Assembly (NCBI GenBank): GCA_964472545.1
Contig: CAYYNP010000011.1
Span: 1 to 64,000, forward strand
DNA length: 64,000 bases
DNA from: an uncultured Planctomycetaceae bacterium
GTDB lineage: Bacteria > Planctomycetota > Planctomycetia > Pirellulales > Thermoguttaceae
Reading direction: 5' to 3'
Shown here: positions 59,521-64,000 of the stretch, one piece after another
How positions within the stretch are numbered: the stretch's first letter is position 1
How the letters are laid out: every line of letters begins with the position of its first letter
The notes under the pieces: model-generated
The model's database searches: none
What the model was told of the DNA's origin: nothing
Seen by the model: the letters and a program-made list of their open reading frames with translations, nothing else
Program-made: the position numbers and the translations under genes

Positions 59521-59645
59521 CGATGGGTGGCTGGGGTCGGAGCACGAGGAACGAGTGCGGAGCCCCCAGATGCTTCACGTCTTCAACGACACAACCTGGG
59601 GGCTCGGTGCTCGTCCCTCGCACCTCGACCCCAGCCACCCGTCGC
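59521..59645. terminator. Long imperfect hairpin (gggtggctggggtcg...gagcccccag / ctgggggctc...cgaccccagccaccc) between convergent genes. A REP-like palindromic element.
   Basis: The outer 15 bp and inner 10 bp pair perfectly, ~125 nt in total. Begins 23 nt after the proB stop. Shares its termini with the 25331..25418 hairpin. Confidence 0.55.
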
Positions 59646-59677
59646 TGTGTGCGTGCCATTCGATGCCGATACGCCGA

Positions 59678-60084
59678 CTAGAACCCAAACCACCGCCGCG
59701 GCTTTGGTGGCGGGAGGGCAATCCGCCGGCAGATCTCCATCAACTGCGATAGGGGCAGCGTGGGAATCGCGTCTCGTGAATGGCCTATCGTGTCGCGCAC
59801 CGAGGCTTCAGCCCGCCCTGAGCGGCCGACAAACCACCCATGGAACCAATGCACCAGCAAGCCGCGCAGTTCCTCTTGGTGTGACGGCACTTCCTCGCTT
59901 GCCTGAAACGTGATTCCGTGCTCGTGGTCGCAAGCGATAGTCAGCAGTCGTCCTTCTCCGTCGTAGTACTTGTCGGCGGGGCCAAGGTAGTCTGCTTCCA
60001 GATGATATGCCGCCGCTTCGACCGAGGCGTAGATCTCCACGCCGCAACCGTCGGTCTCGTAGAGGATGATCGGTGGCGTGATCA
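59678..60084 (-). CDS. Possible small hypothetical protein (~135 aa, GTG start).
   Basis: C-terminal segment of an Arg-rich artefactual 504-aa ORF. This part has ordinary composition (LYETDGCGVEIYASVEAAAYHLEADYLGPADKYYDGEGRLLTIACDHEHGITF) and lies 46 nt downstream of the isomerase gene. Confidence 0.3.
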
Positions 60085-60129
60085 CGGTGTGCGCACTCCG
60101 ATGACGGCGCGTGCGTGTCCGCGTTTTCC

Positions 60130-60957
60130 CTACGACTCGGCCAACTCCGCCAAACACCGCTGCATATACTCGATACTCTCGCGGGCCAGCCGCTCGATGC
60201 CGGGGGTGTAGTCGAAAACCTCGACCGAGACCCAGCCCGGGTAGTCGGCCTCGCCGAGCGCGCGAAGGATCGGGCGGAAGTCCAACTCGCCGAAGCCGGG
60301 GCCTTGCAGGTTGGCGTCGTTGGCGTGGAAGTGGGCCAGCATGGCGTGGTTCGCGGCGATCAACTCGGGGATCGACGCCGTTTCGGTGACCATCGCCTTG
60401 CAATCGAGGTGCAGCCGGACCTGCGGCGAGGCGATCATCTCGGCCAACTCGACCGCGTCGTCGGTGGTCACCATGAACGTCGTTTCGGCCGGCCCCAGCG
60501 GCTCCAGGGCAACCACCACGTCCGTCTGTTCCAGCGCCGGCACGGCCGCTTGGAAGACCTCGGCCGCGTAGCGCATCGCTTCGTCGCGACTTACGCCCGG
60601 CAGCAGGTTCCGCTGCTGGGGCGAGCCGCAGACCATCACCTTGCCGCCCAAGTCGGCACACAGCCGGGCCAACTCGCCGAGGTAGTCGACCGTCTGCTTT
60701 CGCACGTCGGCCTCGGGGCTGGTCAGATAGAATCCTTCGGTTTTGGCCAGCAGCCAGTGCAGCCCCACGACCTCCAGCCCGGCCGCGTCGGCTTGGCGGC
60801 GAACCTCGGCCCGTTTCGCCGCGGAGATATCGGTGGCGTAGTCGGAGATCGTAAACGGGGCGATTTCGATCCCCGTATATCCGCACTCCGCCGCAGAGGC
60901 GAACGCCCGATCGAACGGCCAATCTTGGAAGGTCTCGTTGCAGACGGCGAATTTCAT
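60130..60957 (-). CDS. Sugar phosphate isomerase/epimerase (xylose-isomerase-like TIM barrel).
   Basis: 275 aa. MKFAVCNETFQDWPFDRAFASAAECGYTGIEIAPF, and metal-ligand-type positions VALEPLGPAETTF, HLDCKAMV, HFHANDAN, typical of the AP endonuclease 2 / xylose isomerase-like fold. Confidence 0.75.
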   Translation of the reverse strand: MKFAVCNETFQDWPFDRAFASAAECGYTGIEIAPFTISDYATDISAAKRAEVRRQADAAGLEVVGLHWLLAKTEGFYLTSPEADVRKQTVDYLGELARLCADLGGKVMVCGSPQQRNLLPGVSRDEAMRYAAEVFQAAVPALEQTDVVVALEPLGPAETTFMVTTDDAVELAEMIASPQVRLHLDCKAMVTETASIPELIAANHAMLAHFHANDANLQGPGFGELDFRPILRALGEADYPGWVSVEVFDYTPGIERLARESIEYMQRCLAELAES

Positions 60958-60977
60958 CGTTTCTCTCTCCCTGGCGG

Positions 60978-61922
60978 TCAGTGAAGCGGCAACTCCTGCT
61001 GCCCACGGGCGGGGGCGCGCTTCGAGCGTTTGCGTTTAGGGGTCTTATGGCGGTTGTCGAGTCGGCGGCCGTTGGCGGTGGTCGGCGCGCTGACCAGCGG
61101 CTCCGGGGCGCCGTCGAGCGGATCGCCCGGCGTGATCCCCCCCAGCCGCTTGCGAACTTGCTGGGCGTACTGCTTGGACAACTCGAACCCAAGATACCGC
61201 CGCTGGAGCTTCTTGGCCACGGTCAGCGTCGTGCCGCTGCCGGCAAACGGATCGAGGACCGCCTCGCCCTCGTTGCTGCACGCGCGGACAATCCGCCCCA
61301 GCAGTTGCTCGGGCATCTGGCAGCCATGCCAGCCTTTGCGCTCCTTGAACGTGCCGCAGACACGGGGGAAATACCACGTATCCTCATCGGCCGCAAACCC
61401 TTTGGGCAAATCCTGCGGTCGCAGGATCCACGTGTCGTCGGGCAGGCGGCCTTTGGGATTGGCCCGTTTGTCGCCGTAGACCAACTGCCGGGCCGACGGC
61501 ACGCGGATGGCGTCGAGATTGAATGTGAACGCCTCCGGATCTTTCACCATATGGAACAGGTGGGCGTGCGACCGGCTGAACTTCGCTTTGCAGTTGACCC
61601 CGAACGTGTAATACCACACGACCCAACTGCGGCACGTCAAGCCGTGCTCCTGCTGCAACATCACCTTCAGTTCGGCCGCGTACTCGTCGCCGATCGCCAG
61701 CCAAAAGGTCCCGTCCGGCTTCAGCACGCGAACCACCTGGGCGGTCCATTCGCGACTCCAATCGAGGTACTTCTCCGCCTCGATCCGGTCGTCGTACTCG
61801 TCGTATTCGTAGCCGATGTTGAACGGCGGATCGGCAAAAACCAGATCGATCGCCCCGTCGTCGATCTTCTTCATCCCGGCGATGCAGTCTTTGTTCTGTA
61901 GTGTGTCGATGCGAGGTGGCAC
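60978..61922 (-). CDS. Beta-class (N6-adenine or N4-cytosine) DNA methyltransferase with a basic C-terminal tail, apparently orphan.
   Basis: Motif [12 protein letters not shown] precedes motif [12 protein letters not shown] (beta-class order). KDCIAGM N-terminal block. Tail [19 protein letters not shown] start at 61922, or ATG at 61874. No restriction-enzyme-like neighbour. Confidence 0.7.
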   Translation of the reverse strand: MPPRIDTLQNKDCIAGMKKIDDGAIDLVFADPPFNIGYEYDEYDDRIEAEKYLDWSREWTAQVVRVLKPDGTFWLAIGDEYAAELKVMLQQEHGLTCRSWVVWYYTFGVNCKAKFSRSHAHLFHMVKDPEAFTFNLDAIRVPSARQLVYGDKRANPKGRLPDDTWILRPQDLPKGFAADEDTWYFPRVCGTFKERKGWHGCQMPEQLLGRIVRACSNEGEAVLDPFAGSGTTLTVAKKLQRRYLGFELSKQYAQQVRKRLGGITPGDPLDGAPEPLVSAPTTANGRRLDNRHKTPKRKRSKRAPARGQQELPLH

Positions 61923-62048
61923 GGTGTGGTCACTCCTTGGCGGCCGTTGCCGCCGGTCTTCCGTGGTCGCAGAGTTCCGATTCCATTGGTGCGGTCCTGG
62001 TGGCCGCAGCCGTTCGCAGTATACTGGTGATGGGGCCTTGGAGAAACC

Positions 62049-63215
62049 ATGCCCGATCGCCCCAAATTCCTGTTCGCCACCTGCCAGCGTGGCGCAGAGC
62101 GGGCCGTCAAGGGGGAGTTGACGCGGCGATGGCCGGAGTTTCGCTTTGCCTTCTCGCGGCCGGGGTTCTTGACGTTTCGGCTGCCGGAAGATCATCACCT
62201 GCCGGCGGCGTTCGATCTGCGGAGCGTGTTCGCCCGGACGTTCGGCTTCTCGCTGGGCAAGGCCGACGGCAACGACGCCCAGCAGCGCGCCCGTCAGGTT
62301 TGGCAGATCGTCGGCGAGGTGCCCGTGCAGCGGATTCACGTCTGGCAACGGGAGGGGAACTCGGTCGGACCATCCACAGAACCGACCGGTGAGGACGTCG
62401 CAACGGCCACGCCCAGTCTCGCAGCGGAGGCCGAAGCCGCGATCCGGCGGCAATGTCCCCGGCCGGACGACCTGGCAGCGGACACCGGAGACGAACCCCC
62501 GCCCCCCGATCCCTCGCCCCCCGATCCCTCGCCCGCCGAACGCGGCGACTTGGTCTTGGATTGCATCCTCGTCGAGCCCGACCAGTGGTGGGTGGGCTAT
62601 CATCGGGCCGTGTCCGTGCCGTCGCGATGGCCCGGCGGGACGTTCCCTCTCGAGTTGCCCGAACACGCCGTCAGCCGGGCGTGGTTGAAGATGGAAGAGG
62701 CCCTGCGGTGGTCGCAACTGCCGATCCGCGCCGACGCCCGCGTGGCCGAGATCGGCAGCGCACCCGGCGGAGCCAGCCAGGCCTTGTTGGACCGCCGGCT
62801 GAGGGTCACCGGCATCGATCCGGCCGAGATGCACGCCGACGTGCTGGCCCATCCGGAATTCACGCACCTGCGTCGCCGGGTCAAGGAGGTCCGCCGCCGG
62901 GAGTTCCGCAAGATCCGCTGGCTGACGGCCGACATGAACGTCGCGCCGTCGTACACGCTCGACGCCGTCGGGCGGATTGTGACCCATCGTGAGATCAGCA
63001 TCCGCGGGCTTCTGCTGACGTTGAAGCTTCCCGAGTGGAAGTTGGCCGAACAGGTGCCCGAGTTTCTCGAACGGGTTCGCGGGTGGGGCTACAACGTGGT
63101 GCGGGCGCGTCAACTGGTGCATAACCGCCAGGAGCTTTGCGTGGCCGCGCTGCAACGCCCCTTCCGCCGCAAGCCCACCGGCAAACGGCGGGAGAAGCGA
63201 GCCGGTACTGTCTAG
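62049..63215 (+). CDS. RlmM-like SAM-dependent RNA 2-prime-O-methyltransferase (THUMP-like N-domain plus FtsJ-like MTase).
   Basis: N-terminal [18 protein letters not shown]. MTase motif [26 protein letters not shown] (compare RlmM DLGAAPGGWT). A Pro/Asp-rich low-complexity insert [18 protein letters not shown]. The artefactual minus-strand ORF at 60978..63155 covers the same DNA. Confidence 0.65.
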   Translation: MPDRPKFLFATCQRGAERAVKGELTRRWPEFRFAFSRPGFLTFRLPEDHHLPAAFDLRSVFARTFGFSLGKADGNDAQQRARQVWQIVGEVPVQRIHVWQREGNSVGPSTEPTGEDVATATPSLAAEAEAAIRRQCPRPDDLAADTGDEPPPPDPSPPDPSPAERGDLVLDCILVEPDQWWVGYHRAVSVPSRWPGGTFPLELPEHAVSRAWLKMEEALRWSQLPIRADARVAEIGSAPGGASQALLDRRLRVTGIDPAEMHADVLAHPEFTHLRRRVKEVRRREFRKIRWLTADMNVAPSYTLDAVGRIVTHREISIRGLLLTLKLPEWKLAEQVPEFLERVRGWGYNVVRARQLVHNRQELCVAALQRPFRRKPTGKRREKRAGTV

Positions 63216-63559
63216 CCAAGTTGCCTAGTCATGTTTACCTGACGGCTTCACATGCAGTTTCACTATTGTGCGGCAGATAGGCGCTTTTACGACTCAAGGC
63301 AAGGCACGTGTTGCGCCGATCCACGCCCTATGATCGGTACTCCACGTGCAGCCCGTTGGCGGATTGACCGTGACGTAGCCCCTCCCTAGAATGGTCATAG
63401 CCCGGCCGGCCACGCCGGGTCTTGCGTCGAAGCCGACCTTCGGCATCCCCCCGAACGTTACCCACCTGTAAATCGCCAGCCATTCCAGTCCGGCCGCGTG
63501 CGGCGTCGCGTGAGGGCGGCGCCGATACAGCGATGTGAGCAACACCAGAGGAGACTTGC

Positions 63560-64000
63560 AATGAGAGCAGGTTGTGCATCGTGGTCCCGGTCTCTGCGCA
63601 TTCTTGTCGTGCTGGCCGCGTCCGCGTTGGCCGTGGTGCTGGTGTCCGGCACGCTGGCGGCCGTCTCCGGGGAAGATGCGGTGACCTCGAGTGGCGACGC
63701 TCCGGCGGATCCGACGCCGGATAGGGACCTGCGTCCCGAGATCTCCGAAGACCCCGAAATCTCCGAGAGATCTGAAGACGCACGCGGCGAGTCGGAGCCG
63801 CAAGGTACGGCGGGGTCGGGCGAAACGTCGGAGTCGCCGGGCGAGACGGAGGCCGATGACGATGCGGCCGATGACGATGCGGCCGATGACGATGCGGCGG
63901 CTGGCGATTCGGCGGCTGGCGAGGAAGCCGCCGCAGACCAGGTGCCCGAGTGGGTCGGCGAGCGGCTGGCCGCGGCGATGGTCGACTTGCTGACCAAGGA
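63560..64000 (+). CDS. Secreted acidic low-complexity protein, 5-prime partial (runs off the window end).
   Basis: ATG at 63560, then signal peptide MRAGCASWSRSLRILVVLAASALAVVLVSGTLAAVSG, then a Glu/Asp/Ser/Pro-rich sequence with three tandem 15-nt repeats gccgatgacgatgcggc(c/g) encoding (ADDDA)3. Not in the supplied track because it is truncated. Confidence 0.45.

Noticed and set aside
59678-61192. 504-aa minus-strand ORF spanning the isomerase region.
   Set aside because: It is out of frame with the TIM-barrel isomerase ORF 60130..60957, which has a normal composition. Only its extreme C-terminal part (59678..60084) is kept as a low-confidence small gene.
60978-63155. The 725-aa ORF taken as a single large methyltransferase.
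   Set aside because: Only the last ~300 codons carry DNA methyltransferase motifs. The upstream 430 codons are Arg/Gly/Pro-rich and antisense to the RlmM-like gene 62049..63215.

Overview
This is a high-GC bacterial chromosomal segment, and I infer a Planctomycetota-like origin. The grounds are many PEP-CTERM sorting-signal proteins, LAGGC/SGGC lipoboxes, a Cys-type sulfatase, an expansion of FGE/SUMF1-domain proteins, and an ECF sigma factor paired with a Ser/Thr kinase-TPR. About 50 protein-coding genes are supportable. I recognised no rRNA, tRNA or CRISPR. Several long antisense ORFs in the track are GC artefacts.

The right-hand ~40 kb holds ordinary functions: ggt, an H+-pyrophosphatase, an SPFH protein, a DAC-domain protein, a cheW-MCP pair, an MMPL transporter, a sulfatase, a SurA-like PPIase, ltaE, a TonB receptor, purF, proB, a DNA methyltransferase and an RlmM-like methyltransferase.

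The left ~22 kb is an all-minus-strand, accessory-looking block. Its centrepiece is a ~10 kb, ten-gene operon at 138..10114 with ATGA/GTGA start-stop overlaps. In transcription order it reads: HEAT-like hypothetical, Hsp70-family ATPase carrying a 4-Cys insert, FGE-like, AAA+ ATPase, FGE-like, DUF1257 (Ycf35-like), DUF2997, AAA+ ATPase, FGE-like, and an NrdG-family radical-SAM activase. All three FGE-like domains in the operon lack the catalytic Cys pair of true formylglycine-generating enzymes, so they look like non-enzymatic binding or sensor modules.

I read this as a candidate undescribed chaperone/NTPase-based multi-component system, possibly a conflict/defence or signalling system. It is built around the known cyanobacterial-type DUF1257-DUF2997-AAA triad, with FGE-like and radical-SAM additions.

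Further FGE-like proteins follow at 18.4-21.8 kb, behind an ECF sigma/kinase pair. One is fused to LRRs, one is a lipoprotein and one carries a PEP-CTERM anchor.

A ~165-nt element is duplicated at the window start and at 22.8 kb. There are also tandem 13-bp repeats upstream of a HAF-repeat PEP-CTERM gene, an in-frame fusion of two PEP-CTERM proteins, and a family of GGGTGGCTGGGG...CCCCAGCCACCC palindromic hairpins.
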